From an uncultured virus (IMG/VR IMGVR_UViG_3300020256_000002) (taxonomy: Duplodnaviria > Heunggongvirae > Uroviricota > Caudoviricetes), in IMG/VR virus record IMGVR_UViG_3300020256_000002, positions 1 through 64,000 of that record: 64,000 nucleotides of DNA, one strand, 5' to 3'. Each line of letters begins with the position of its first letter. Position 1 is the first letter of the stretch. The position numbers and the translations under genes were made by a program. The notes beneath the pieces are model-generated. The model saw nothing but the letters and a program-made list of their open reading frames with translations. It was not told the origin of the DNA and ran no database searches. Positions 28,559 to 38,689 of the stretch are shown here, piece by piece.

Positions 28559-29992
28559 ATGTCAAATTTTAACGTAACCAAGTTGATGTTTATTGAAACC
28601 GGCTCGTACCACCAACAGGCGGCACGTCCTTACAATACTTACATTGACGATACGCGTAATGTGAGCTTGTTGAAAAACGCGACCCAAGATGGTAGTAATA
28701 TCTCAGCTAACTCAGTAGCCGGTGTTGCTTCCACTATCCTTCGTCCGTCTTCTGAAGCCGGTCGTGATATCAACATTACTCAGGGTTGGAACGAACGTCG
28801 TTATCGCTTCTTCATGGAAATTGAGCTGATGGTTGGTAATATACCAACGCGTAAAATCATCATTGGCTATACGGACCATGTTGGTAAAGCACCGTTCAGT
28901 GACCATCTTGACCCGAACATGCGGATGTACATTAATAATGTTATCGTACTTCGCATGATGGGCATGGGTCAGTGGCAGATTTGGGAATCAAACCACATCA
29001 TTGTTAACGACCTGATTGTACATGGTGGTGGTTTCCAAAATCAGAGCGTTGTAATGCGTCCTGAAGACGTATTCAATAATCTGCAGGCAACCAACTTCTA
29101 TCCGCAAGAAGAGGTGAAGATGCACGACTTCCGTGCAATAGCTTCTACTGGTGCTCGTAAATCTGAGCGAGTTAATACTAACCACAACCAGTATCTGGCT
29201 AAGTCCATGAAAGCTTTGCATTCGGCACAAAACAATGTCGACCACATGCAAGGCAATCAGGCGGACATCTTCAATGAAGCGACCACCAAGGTACGTGAAG
29301 CAAGTATTGTAGACGATACGCTACTGCGTAACTGGGATGACCAGGGTAACTACTTTGAAGAAGGTTATATTACCTACGGACTGTTGTGTGACCTGTCTCC
29401 CTCTACACTGCACGTAACACAGCACTTTGAGTTATCGCCACCACTTAAACAGGCGTCTGCCTATACGGAGAATACAGAGCACTTTAAAGGTTCTGATGTA
29501 ACTTCTATCATGGCCACCATTCTATCCAATACGGTACCGCCGTTAGCAATGGAATGTCTACTGACCAAGGTAAAGTTCTCCGCGACAAACGCCACTGTTA
29601 ATGGTCAGCCTCACGCTACCCTGACAGATGTACCACGGGGCTTTGTTCAAGACATTCCGCTGGATAGATATATTCAGTTATTCTTGGACCGTTTGGAAAA
29701 CATTGTAATGCCCGACGTTACCAACAACTGGAACTTCATTGTGACACTGGATATGGAAGTAGATATCTTGGGTGAAACCAAAATCTCTATCCAAGTTAAT
29801 AATGAGCCACCGGTACCGTATGTAATTCCATCTTTCGCAGATGGTCTGACTGCACCAATCATTGGTAACAACAATAACGACCTGAGTTCACTGGCCTCAG
29901 ATATCTACGCGGTGACAAACACCGTAGGTATGGCTACTGAACAATCATCGAACATCCAAGTCTTTGGCTCGGCTGATTCAAGTAAGTGGTAA
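28559..29992 (+). CDS. picA: PicA/Imp1 nuclear protein-import factor (phiKZ gp69-like)
   Basis: About 477 aa; ETG-Y...RPY, I--GW---R-RF, GYTD and RPEDVF motifs; directly after the gp68-like gene. Confidence 0.72.
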   Translation: MSNFNVTKLMFIETGSYHQQAARPYNTYIDDTRNVSLLKNATQDGSNISANSVAGVASTILRPSSEAGRDINITQGWNERRYRFFMEIELMVGNIPTRKIIIGYTDHVGKAPFSDHLDPNMRMYINNVIVLRMMGMGQWQIWESNHIIVNDLIVHGGGFQNQSVVMRPEDVFNNLQATNFYPQEEVKMHDFRAIASTGARKSERVNTNHNQYLAKSMKALHSAQNNVDHMQGNQADIFNEATTKVREASIVDDTLLRNWDDQGNYFEEGYITYGLLCDLSPSTLHVTQHFELSPPLKQASAYTENTEHFKGSDVTSIMATILSNTVPPLAMECLLTKVKFSATNATVNGQPHATLTDVPRGFVQDIPLDRYIQLFLDRLENIVMPDVTNNWNFIVTLDMEVDILGETKISIQVNNEPPVPYVIPSFADGLTAPIIGNNNNDLSSLASDIYAVTNTVGMATEQSSNIQVFGSADSSKW

Positions 29993-30052
29993 CAAATCAG
30001 GGGAACTTCGGTTCCCCTATTCGAATAAGACTTAAATAAACGGGAGTCCATA

Positions 30053-31366
30053 ATGGATTTATTAGAACTATATACAGCTATCGTTGAATCGGCTGGCTGG
30101 AATGTAAACAGCGAGGGATTTGTTACCGCATTTAAAGGTCCGGTAGAAATTGCTGGTAAGCAAATGGTAATGCCTACCAAAAAGATTTTGCGTAACCCTG
30201 ACTGGGATAACCATATTGCGTTCCATCCAATGTCTGAAAACGTAATGCGTGGTGAATCCGCTGTACTGTTCGAACTGCGTAACCAAATGCAATTCAAACT
30301 GAACTTCGTTGCTGCAACACTTATCCAAGGTCTGGGTGAGTTAGCAGCTGACCCGGCACGTCAAAAGCCACTGACTATCAAGCAGAAGGAATACCTGAAG
30401 CTGGTACCAGACTTTGACGCTAAGACGGTGAAGTCATTGGATTCATTGCTTGACCGTATCAACCCAGCAGAAGCTGAAAAGATTATCGGTCTGTTTGTGA
30501 AGCGTTCTGGTGAAATGGGTGATAAGAAATACAATCGCCTTGCTACGGTACACTCACCGTTGCGTATGGAAGCCAGTAACAAAGACCGCACTATCTTTGG
30601 TGTAAAATTCCGTAAGTCCGATTTCAAACCATTCTTTGATATGTTTGATTTTATTCTGCCGGATATCAATGAACATGCGTACAGCTTCGGTAGCAACTCT
30701 ATGGTGGCTCCGTCGTTCCACGCATTGCTTCATGCTTACATTGCTACGGCTAAGCGTCTGAACGTTGTCCTGCGTAAGTTCCAGAAAGTCTGGGGCGAAG
30801 ATTTCGATGATTTGTTAATCGATGTATCGTGGGAAGATGACGTGAAAGAATTGGACCCGTATAAAGGTCTGATTCCCAACCTGCGTGGTAATGAAGGGGC
30901 GGTTGACCCTAACGAAGTGGAGGAGGTTGAACCACCAACACCTGCTATGCCTGCAGCGCCTGCTGGTAAGTCTAAGAAACTGGACTGGTCTGCTAAGCAA
31001 GAACAAGTACTGGAAGAAGGTCGTAAAATGACGCTGACTGAAAAGTTGGCGCAGAGTGCACCTAAGCCAGCTACTTCGTTTGCGCAAAAACCAGCACAGG
31101 AAGCACCTGCTGAAACGGCACCGACCAAGCGTCGCTTTCAGGATATGGTTAACCCGCAGCAAAACAATCCACAACACACACGTCAATCCACCCCGTATTC
31201 ACAGCCACAAACATTTGGTAATACTGGTGGACCTGGCTGGGCACAGCCTCAACAGCAAAATACTGGCTGGGGCGGTCAACCACAACAACCAATGCGGCAG
31301 TCTACTCCATACCCTACCGGTAACCAATTTGGTAACCAAGGTAATTGGGGTAACCGTGGTTGGTAA
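30053..31366 (+). CDS. Nucleus-localised protein (phiKZ gp70/Nlp-like) with a P/Q/G-rich tail
   Basis: FHPMSENVMRGES motif; between PicA and nvRNAP beta; low-complexity C-terminus. Confidence 0.6.
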   Translation: MDLLELYTAIVESAGWNVNSEGFVTAFKGPVEIAGKQMVMPTKKILRNPDWDNHIAFHPMSENVMRGESAVLFELRNQMQFKLNFVAATLIQGLGELAADPARQKPLTIKQKEYLKLVPDFDAKTVKSLDSLLDRINPAEAEKIIGLFVKRSGEMGDKKYNRLATVHSPLRMEASNKDRTIFGVKFRKSDFKPFFDMFDFILPDINEHAYSFGSNSMVAPSFHALLHAYIATAKRLNVVLRKFQKVWGEDFDDLLIDVSWEDDVKELDPYKGLIPNLRGNEGAVDPNEVEEVEPPTPAMPAAPAGKSKKLDWSAKQEQVLEEGRKMTLTEKLAQSAPKPATSFAQKPAQEAPAETAPTKRRFQDMVNPQQNNPQHTRQSTPYSQPQTFGNTGGPGWAQPQQQNTGWGGQPQQPMRQSTPYPTGNQFGNQGNWGNRGW

Positions 31367-31380
31367 GTAATAACTAATAT

Positions 31381-31410
31381 TGGGAGCTTCGGCTCCCTTT
31401 ATTTTTTTTG
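31381..31410 (+). terminator. Intrinsic terminator
   Basis: GGGAGC-TTCG-GCTCCC followed by a T-tract. Confidence 0.85.
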
Positions 31411-31479
31411 TCTAGACGGCATAAAACACTGAGAAACCTAAGGTTTCCCAGCATTTACGGTGAAAAAATACTCAGCCAT

Positions 31480-31851
31480 CTATTGTTTTGTAGTAGATGC
31501 TTCATACATTTGTTTGATTTTATTCACACTGGACTGGTGAGGGATGAACAGACGAGTAGGATTTAAGAACTCTGTGTCCTTCTTCCAACCATTCACTCGC
31601 ATGGTAATCCAGTGTAGATGATGTGGTACGTTAATACTTGCAAGGTAGCCAAATAAATCGCGTTCGAATTTATAGGCCACATTAGGTTTAACATCTACCA
31701 CTTCTGTGCTGGCATCGTTTCGTAGTAACGTAACATGGTCTTCCAAAACATTCCTGAAGTCAGGGGTGTAATAGATGTCGGCACCTGCACTTGCCATTGA
31801 CTTGGTTAGTTCCATGGGGCTGGTCTCCGAAGCTTTCTCTAAACTAAACAT
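31480..31851 (-). CDS. Small LysM-like/baseplate-type protein
   Basis: DLFGYL...HWITMRVNG...LFIP resembles LysM/tail-X folds. Confidence 0.45.
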   Translation of the reverse strand: MFSLEKASETSPMELTKSMASAGADIYYTPDFRNVLEDHVTLLRNDASTEVVDVKPNVAYKFERDLFGYLASINVPHHLHWITMRVNGWKKDTEFLNPTRLFIPHQSSVNKIKQMYEASTTKQ

Positions 31852-31938
31852 AAAATAGAGATGTTGCCATTGAATAAAATTTCAAAGATATATTATCTAG
31901 GTGACATACTCTCATTAAAATAAAAGGATACTACGAGA

Positions 31939-34107
31939 ATGATTGATGAAACCCGTTACCGTCATATCACCGATATGGATGGTGAGCCAATGTACATTGA
32001 CTTACAGACTGAAAAGTTCGTCCGCTTAGACGAGCAGGGGAATGCCAGTCTGGTTAATGAATTGGATATCGAGTTGGTAGGTGCCCCTACTAATTTAAAT
32101 CCTTGGGTGGCAGTTAACTCAGCATCTCGGCAACAGATGCAAGCTTCGCACCTTAAACAACGATTAGTTACTGAAGGTGTAACTGTTCGTCGTAACTTAA
32201 CCGGTACCGAACGTGAGTTTGGTAAGTATACATTTAACCAACGCATTCCGGTGAATGCAACAATCCTTGGCGTGTTCCCAAAATATGCCAAACAGATATC
32301 TCAAGGAGCAATTCAAGAGAACCCATCGACGCTAGTCGTCTATGAGGATTTCGAGACCAAAGAAATTGGCAGCATCTTACTGGAGAATTACTTCTTCCAG
32401 CACACTAGCCTTGGGTGGAAGTATAAAGATACTGAGAACGCCAGCAAGATAGTTAAAGGTGCAACCATAGCCAAAGGTACCGTGATAAAAGATTCGCCGT
32501 GTGTAGACCGTCAGGGTAACTATAAATACGGCATCGAAACTAACGTGGCATATTTAACCGTGCCCGGTATCATTGAGGATGGTTTTGAAATCAGCAGAAG
32601 TTATCAGCAAAAACTGGCAACGACTATGTTGGGAACGCGTACTGCATCTTGCGGTAAGCAGTATTTCCCACTGAACTTGTACGGTGATGAAAATTACTAC
32701 AAGCCTTTCCCAGGACCCGGTGAAACAATTCGTGAAGATGGTTTGATTATGGCGTTCCGTCAAATGGACCCTAACCTGACAATCTCAGATTTACATCCAC
32801 GTAATCTGTTAGCCGACCGTGTCGATTTTGAATTCGATAAAACAATCTATGCCCAGCCCGGTGCAAAGGTTGTTGATGTTGATGTCCTGACCGACCACAA
32901 TGCGCGTTATCGTACCACGCCTACTGGCATGGAAGATGACATGATGAAATACGTGCGGAGCAAAGATTTGTTCTTCCGTAAAATCATTGAGCTGTATCAG
33001 CATAACAGCAAGAAGCGTGGTAAGGGTAATTTAGACATTACCCCTGAGTTCCACGGCTGGGTAGTAAAAGCTTTGGCTAACTTCCCAGAGTCTTCTAAAG
33101 ACCGTGTAGTTCGCACTAAGAACAAAGCGCCTTTGGACGATTTCAATATCGAGATTACATATGCCTATCGCAAGGTTCCCACTATCGGTTACAAGATTAC
33201 CGATACACATGGGACCAAAGGTGTAATTGTAGGTATTCGTGAAGACGAAGATATGCCTACCACTGCTTGCGGTATTCGTGCGGACGTAATTAAAGACCCG
33301 TTGTCAGTTATTAAGCGTTCAAACGTCGGACAGATATTTGAACAATGGACTAACCAGGCAAGTACACAATGTGCTCGTCGAGTGCGGAATGCAAGTTCGT
33401 TAGAAGAAGGTTTTGACCTACTGATGGCGTACTACAAAGCAGCGTCGCCGTATATGTATTGGTATTGCTTAAAGCACCTTGATACTAAGGCTAAGCAAGA
33501 CGAACATGTGCAGTCAATTCTCAATCCGAAGTTATCGGACCAAGAAGCGATTACGCTGATGCTACCGCCCAACAGCCCCAACGTTGGCATTCAGCAAGTC
33601 AGGGATATTGAAGCGAATCATCGTTCTATTGTTGGGCCAGTTACCTATCGTGGTAATACCGGTCGAATGATTACGACGAAACGCCCAGTGGCCATTGACA
33701 CCAAATACATGATGTTGCTGGATAAGACTGGTGAAGACTGGTCTACGACGTCAATTGCTAAACGTCAGCACCATGGCATTGTGGTGCAATTAGGTAGAGC
33801 GGATAAATACTTAAATCCGTATCGTGAGTCGCCCGTTCGATTTGCGGGTGAATCTGAGGTACGTCTGATGTCTGCAGTTATGGACCCAGATACCGTAGCG
33901 GAACTGCTGGATAGAACAAACTCGTTGTATTCATCAGAAGCAATCAACATTAGCATAATGAATGCGGATAAACCAACCGACATTGATTGCGTTGTTGACC
34001 GTAACAAAATACCTCGTGGCAATTCACGCCCACTACAGCTCATGAAACATTTGATGATGTGTGGTGGTGTTGAGTTTGTCTACTCACCGTATAAACCGGG
34101 TAAGTAA
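31939..34107 (+). CDS. Non-virion RNA polymerase beta subunit, C-terminal part (phiKZ gp71-73-like)
   Basis: SASRQQM, IEDG, GYKITDTHGTKGV and RFAGESE beta motifs; uninterrupted ORF. Confidence 0.9.
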   Translation: MIDETRYRHITDMDGEPMYIDLQTEKFVRLDEQGNASLVNELDIELVGAPTNLNPWVAVNSASRQQMQASHLKQRLVTEGVTVRRNLTGTEREFGKYTFNQRIPVNATILGVFPKYAKQISQGAIQENPSTLVVYEDFETKEIGSILLENYFFQHTSLGWKYKDTENASKIVKGATIAKGTVIKDSPCVDRQGNYKYGIETNVAYLTVPGIIEDGFEISRSYQQKLATTMLGTRTASCGKQYFPLNLYGDENYYKPFPGPGETIREDGLIMAFRQMDPNLTISDLHPRNLLADRVDFEFDKTIYAQPGAKVVDVDVLTDHNARYRTTPTGMEDDMMKYVRSKDLFFRKIIELYQHNSKKRGKGNLDITPEFHGWVVKALANFPESSKDRVVRTKNKAPLDDFNIEITYAYRKVPTIGYKITDTHGTKGVIVGIREDEDMPTTACGIRADVIKDPLSVIKRSNVGQIFEQWTNQASTQCARRVRNASSLEEGFDLLMAYYKAASPYMYWYCLKHLDTKAKQDEHVQSILNPKLSDQEAITLMLPPNSPNVGIQQVRDIEANHRSIVGPVTYRGNTGRMITTKRPVAIDTKYMMLLDKTGEDWSTTSIAKRQHHGIVVQLGRADKYLNPYRESPVRFAGESEVRLMSAVMDPDTVAELLDRTNSLYSSEAINISIMNADKPTDIDCVVDRNKIPRGNSRPLQLMKHLMMCGGVEFVYSPYKPGK

Positions 34108-34134
34108 CCTGAATTAATAAAAGGAATATTCTGG

Positions 34135-36108
34135 ATGCATCCAATTCATCTAAACGAAACAATTCTGGCAAGAGATTTACTTAATCTATCAATCCCAGAA
34201 CTAATGGAACGGTTTGACAATGTCCTGACCATGAACTTAAAGTTCGATGATGGTACAGTAGAAACCGTAAACGGTCGTAAGACAATAGTCTCAACTATTT
34301 ATTGGGACTATCATCGTCAGTTCCCACAGTTGGCTCTGTTGCCACATCACCATATCGGTAATGTGGTATTCGGTAATGGCGTGCACAAGAAATTGATGTC
34401 ACGCCCACTGTGGGAATGTTTCGACCAAGGCATCTGTCGCGATATGGACTTGTTGAACCGTATGGCGATGGTTATTTTTAACAACGTGTTTGTATTCACT
34501 GGTGAACAACTGGAAGAGTACGTTACAACAATCTCGGTGTTAGATTACCTTGACATCTTCGAACATCCGGTAGTGCGAGAAGCCATTGCTGAAGTACGCC
34601 CTAGTACTGTCAGTATTGAACAGGCCTATCGTCAGATTACGGAAACGGTGATGACATGCCCTACCTTAAATGGTAATGCAATTGCAGATGCATGTCGCGC
34701 TAACCTAATCTCTATCGGTCAGGTGTTACAGGCATTTATTCGTGGTTTCATTACAGACTACGATTCTAACATCTTCCGTAAACCAATCCTGCGTGGATTT
34801 ATTGAGGGGCTTAAAATACTGGCGGAATCTGCACAGGAATCTCGCTCTGGTACTAAGGCTCTGAAAGTAACCACAGAACCACTACGTAAGACTGAGTACT
34901 TTGGTCGTAAGGTTTCATTACAGAACCAATACGTTAAAGGCTTAGTACCCGGTGATTGTGGAAGTGACCGTACGGTTGTATTCCAAGTCACCAAGAAATC
35001 ATTGGTTAACCTTAATGGTAAGTACCATGTACTGCCAGATGGTAGTCTGGAAGAAATTACCTTGGAGTCTAAACATTTGGAGGGACAGCGAGTTAAACTA
35101 CGTTCTCCTCTTGAATGTAAGCATCGCCACGAATACAACGTGTGTGAGGCGTGTGCTGGGGCATTGAGTTATTCAATCCCTAGTCAGATGTACTATCGTC
35201 AAGCCACTCGTCTTGGTCATATCAGTGCCATTGCGTTATGTTCATTCGTAACGCAAAAGGTAATGTCAACTAAGCACGAAGACGGCTCATCGGTAGCTGA
35301 GCATTTGAATATTGAGAAGCGGGATGCAGAGTTCATTAAATTGAATGGTGCGGACCAATCGAAGATTCAATTCCACATGACCCTGAAGGACTACGAACCA
35401 GAGTTAATCATCCCTGAGCAATACGTCAAGTACCTTGATGACATCAATAACCCTGAGGTAACGGATGTTAAAATATTGCCTACAACCACACTGGCTGTGA
35501 TGGCGGAAGTTGTAATTCGTCGACACATTAAGAATGCCCGTGGGGAAAGGGAAGCGGTTGAGCATATTGTTCCTACTAGCGTAGGTCCGCGTTTGGCTAG
35601 CTTTACTTATGATTTCTTAGAATACTTGAAGAAGTACGGTTGGACGGTGAACCGGTATGGTGACTACGTTATTGATTTGGCCAATTGGACATTCAGTAAA
35701 CCATTCCTGGTGATGCCTCAGCGACACATGAACATGCTTGAATATATGCAAAGCATTTCAGATTTCACTGAGAAGAAGAGTCGAAACGGAGTCTACGGTT
35801 GTAAGACGTCAGCAGAAGCATTGCGTAAGCTTTACGATATTGTAAACAGTCGTGCTGATGTAAACGTATTGCATCTTGAGATTCTACTATTGGCGCTTCT
35901 GGCTACGGACGCAGCAAGGTCTAATTCATGTGCCCCACCAATTGGGAATGATGAAGAGGTCTTTAATATTCACCGTGAAAATATGTTTAACCGTAGCTTG
36001 TCTGCGGCGATGGCATTCGAACGTCACGGCGATGTTATTCTGCGACCTACGTCGTACATCGACCATAATAAACCGGACCACAACTACGACAATATTCTAG
36101 CTGGGTAA
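34135..36108 (+). CDS. Non-virion RNA polymerase beta' C-terminal subunit (phiKZ gp74-like)
   Basis: ESRSG, EYFGRK bridge helix, DCG, LRSPLEC...VCEACAG and TQKVMSTKH trigger loop. Confidence 0.9.
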   Translation: MHPIHLNETILARDLLNLSIPELMERFDNVLTMNLKFDDGTVETVNGRKTIVSTIYWDYHRQFPQLALLPHHHIGNVVFGNGVHKKLMSRPLWECFDQGICRDMDLLNRMAMVIFNNVFVFTGEQLEEYVTTISVLDYLDIFEHPVVREAIAEVRPSTVSIEQAYRQITETVMTCPTLNGNAIADACRANLISIGQVLQAFIRGFITDYDSNIFRKPILRGFIEGLKILAESAQESRSGTKALKVTTEPLRKTEYFGRKVSLQNQYVKGLVPGDCGSDRTVVFQVTKKSLVNLNGKYHVLPDGSLEEITLESKHLEGQRVKLRSPLECKHRHEYNVCEACAGALSYSIPSQMYYRQATRLGHISAIALCSFVTQKVMSTKHEDGSSVAEHLNIEKRDAEFIKLNGADQSKIQFHMTLKDYEPELIIPEQYVKYLDDINNPEVTDVKILPTTTLAVMAEVVIRRHIKNARGEREAVEHIVPTSVGPRLASFTYDFLEYLKKYGWTVNRYGDYVIDLANWTFSKPFLVMPQRHMNMLEYMQSISDFTEKKSRNGVYGCKTSAEALRKLYDIVNSRADVNVLHLEILLLALLATDAARSNSCAPPIGNDEEVFNIHRENMFNRSLSAAMAFERHGDVILRPTSYIDHNKPDHNYDNILAG

Positions 36109-36133
36109 ATGGTTTAAAGCGGGAGAGGTTATT

Positions 36134-38689
36134 TTGAGCGATTATTGTAAAATAGATGTCTACAGTCATCACTTTTCGGTGACTAAGGTATCTCCACGTT
36201 TAAGGCCTCTCATTCAAAACTTTCTCCGTCCGCTCGTTGAGTGGACGGGGCATTACGCGAGAGGTAAGTTCCACAAGAAGATGGCTAAGGTATACGCGGC
36301 GTCTAATGCTGAGCGTACCTACTACCGTTTTCACATTAACCAGTATGAAGAATTTCTCGACATGCTGAAAAATGCTAACATCCCACCGAGCCTTGTTGAG
36401 ATAACGGTGAAGCGTATGTATACGCCAACTGAAGTCGATTACAACATTCCAGACCATTGGGTACCACGTGATGACCAACCTAGGGTAATCCAGTATATGG
36501 AAGACCCAGGCGAATCAAAGGTGGTTACCCTTGCGACTGGCGGCGGGAAGGCACAGCCTTTGGATGCAGCTATTAAAGTTCCCGGTGGTTGGCTAACCAT
36601 GGGTGACATGGCTGTAGGTCAGGATGTAATTGCTAAGGACGGTTCAACTACTAAAGTTACCGCAATACACCCTCAGGGTAAAAAGGCAATTTATAAACTG
36701 ACATTTTCCGATGGCCGTACTACGGAGTGTTGCAAAGAACATTTGTGGAGAGTGTATAACCCCGACCAAGGTTGGACGGTGAAGCAACTAGGAGAAATTC
36801 TAGAGCATCGTAAATCTAACCCTAACGCGAGGTATTACATTGACTTACCCGAGTCCGAAAAGAATGAGGGGAAAGCGTTACCACTTGACCCTTACGTCTT
36901 GGGTTTAATATTAGGCGATGGTCATGTTGGTAATCAGGTTCTAAAATTTAGCACACCGGATAAGGAGCTATTAGAAGCACTGCATAAAAACCTTCCAGCT
37001 GGAATGACTCTATCTCAAGCGGGTGGGGTTGATTATAACATCATCAGGGAAGACAAGTCTATCTTGGCTAATCCTTGGTTGACCATTTTGGAAGAGATGG
37101 GTTTACGTGGAAAGTTAAGTCATGAAAAGTTTATTCCTGAGGAATACTTGGATGGCTCGACTTATCAGCGTAGAAGTTTGTTACAAGGGTTAATGGACAC
37201 GGATGGAACAGTAAGTGAGAACAAAAGTTCAAGCTTCTCTACGTCTAGTCTGTTGCTGGCACAACAATTCCAATACCTTGCTCGAAGCTTAGGTCATCAT
37301 GCCAAGTTGACTAGTAAGGTACCTAAGTACACCTATCGCGGTGAACAAAGGGTTGGGAAGACAGCATATCGTGTACATTTACGTGCGGCTAATCCTACTG
37401 AGTTATTTAGGTTGCCACGCCATATCGCCAAACTGTCTGAATCTAATCAGTACAGTAAGAACTTTAAACTTGCATTAACAAGTATAGAGTACGTTGGTGA
37501 AAAGGAAGCACAGTGTATCTCGATAGCCCATGACGACAAGCTATACGTTACGGATGATTTTATCGTAACCCATAATACGTTCTGTAGTCAAAAGGCTGCA
37601 GAAACATTAGGTGTACTCACTTGTTTTCAGATGGGTGGTAAGTACATCGAAAAGTGGATAGGTGACCTGGAAGATTGTTTAGGCCTAAAGAAGAAAGAGA
37701 TTTGTGTAATACGAGGCAGTGCTGCTTTGTTAAGTGCAATCAATCTAGCTTTGGCGGGCGAATTCGATTACAAGGCCATCATCGCTTCAACAACGACACT
37801 GGCGCGATTCTATAAAGACTACGAGGCGGGTAAACTCAGAGGTTATCCTATTAAGCCCTGGAATTTGTGGAAAGTGTTAGGTGTAGGTCTACGAGTTGTT
37901 GACGAAGCCCACGAGAACCAGCACCAAATCTTTAAGATGGATTTGTACGCTCATATTCCTAAGACAATTTTCTTGTCTGCTACAATCACAACGGACTCAC
38001 CGTTTCGTAACAGAATGTTGCAAATACAATGGCCAGAAAGAATGCGTTTTACGCCTGGAGATTTTGACCGTTACATTCGCGTTAAAGCATTGCTGTACGA
38101 ACTATGGGAACCGGAGAAGATACGCCACATCAATCAACAAAAGATGTATAGCCACACGCTGTTTGAAGAAAGTCTTATTAAGAGACCTCTTTACTTAGCA
38201 CAGTACTTAGCGATGATAGATTCGTTGGTGTACGAGTGGTATGTCAAACGTAGGGATGATGGTCAGAAGTGTCTCGTGTTTGCGGCGACCAAGGAAATGT
38301 GTGGGAAGATAGCGGACCATCTTGCTAAACGGAATCCAACACTAGAAGTAGCTCGTTATATATCAGAGGATGACTACGAGGTGTTAATGGAATCGGATAT
38401 ATCGGCATCCACTGCTTTGTCAGCGGGGACTGGTGTAGACATTCCAGGGTTACGTTATAGCTTAATGACAACAAACATTAACTCCAGTCAGGCAAATATC
38501 CAGATTGTGGGTCGTTTACGTCGTTTGAAAGATTGGCCTGATGTTGAGCCAGATTTCATGTACATCTTAGCTCGTAACTTACCTAAGCACATGGAATACC
38601 ATGAGAAGAAGAAAAAGCTTCTACGCCCAAGGGTTAAGAGCATAGGTGAACTGAACTCAACCTTCGTTATAGGGAGACCAAATAAATGA
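36134..38689 (+). CDS. SF2 DExH helicase precursor containing an intein (about 509 aa after splicing)
   Basis: Walker A TGGGK|T is split by the intein; DEAH, SAT, GTGVDIPGL and QIVGRLRR motifs. Confidence 0.88.
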   Translation: MSDYCKIDVYSHHFSVTKVSPRLRPLIQNFLRPLVEWTGHYARGKFHKKMAKVYAASNAERTYYRFHINQYEEFLDMLKNANIPPSLVEITVKRMYTPTEVDYNIPDHWVPRDDQPRVIQYMEDPGESKVVTLATGGGKAQPLDAAIKVPGGWLTMGDMAVGQDVIAKDGSTTKVTAIHPQGKKAIYKLTFSDGRTTECCKEHLWRVYNPDQGWTVKQLGEILEHRKSNPNARYYIDLPESEKNEGKALPLDPYVLGLILGDGHVGNQVLKFSTPDKELLEALHKNLPAGMTLSQAGGVDYNIIREDKSILANPWLTILEEMGLRGKLSHEKFIPEEYLDGSTYQRRSLLQGLMDTDGTVSENKSSSFSTSSLLLAQQFQYLARSLGHHAKLTSKVPKYTYRGEQRVGKTAYRVHLRAANPTELFRLPRHIAKLSESNQYSKNFKLALTSIEYVGEKEAQCISIAHDDKLYVTDDFIVTHNTFCSQKAAETLGVLTCFQMGGKYIEKWIGDLEDCLGLKKKEICVIRGSAALLSAINLALAGEFDYKAIIASTTTLARFYKDYEAGKLRGYPIKPWNLWKVLGVGLRVVDEAHENQHQIFKMDLYAHIPKTIFLSATITTDSPFRNRMLQIQWPERMRFTPGDFDRYIRVKALLYELWEPEKIRHINQQKMYSHTLFEESLIKRPLYLAQYLAMIDSLVYEWYVKRRDDGQKCLVFAATKEMCGKIADHLAKRNPTLEVARYISEDDYEVLMESDISASTALSAGTGVDIPGLRYSLMTTNINSSQANIQIVGRLRRLKDWPDVEPDFMYILARNLPKHMEYHEKKKKLLRPRVKSIGELNSTFVIGRPNK
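36551..37576 (+). mobile_element. Class 3 intein (342 aa) with LAGLIDADG homing endonuclease
   Basis: Starts AQPLD, ends IVTHN|T; block B EHLW, block F AQCISI; LAGLIDADG motifs LGLILGDG and LQGLMDTDG. Confidence 0.92.

Noticed and set aside
15499..34107. Introns splitting the nvRNAP beta'/beta genes, as recalled for phiKZ
   Set aside because: Both genes are continuous ORFs with their catalytic motifs in frame
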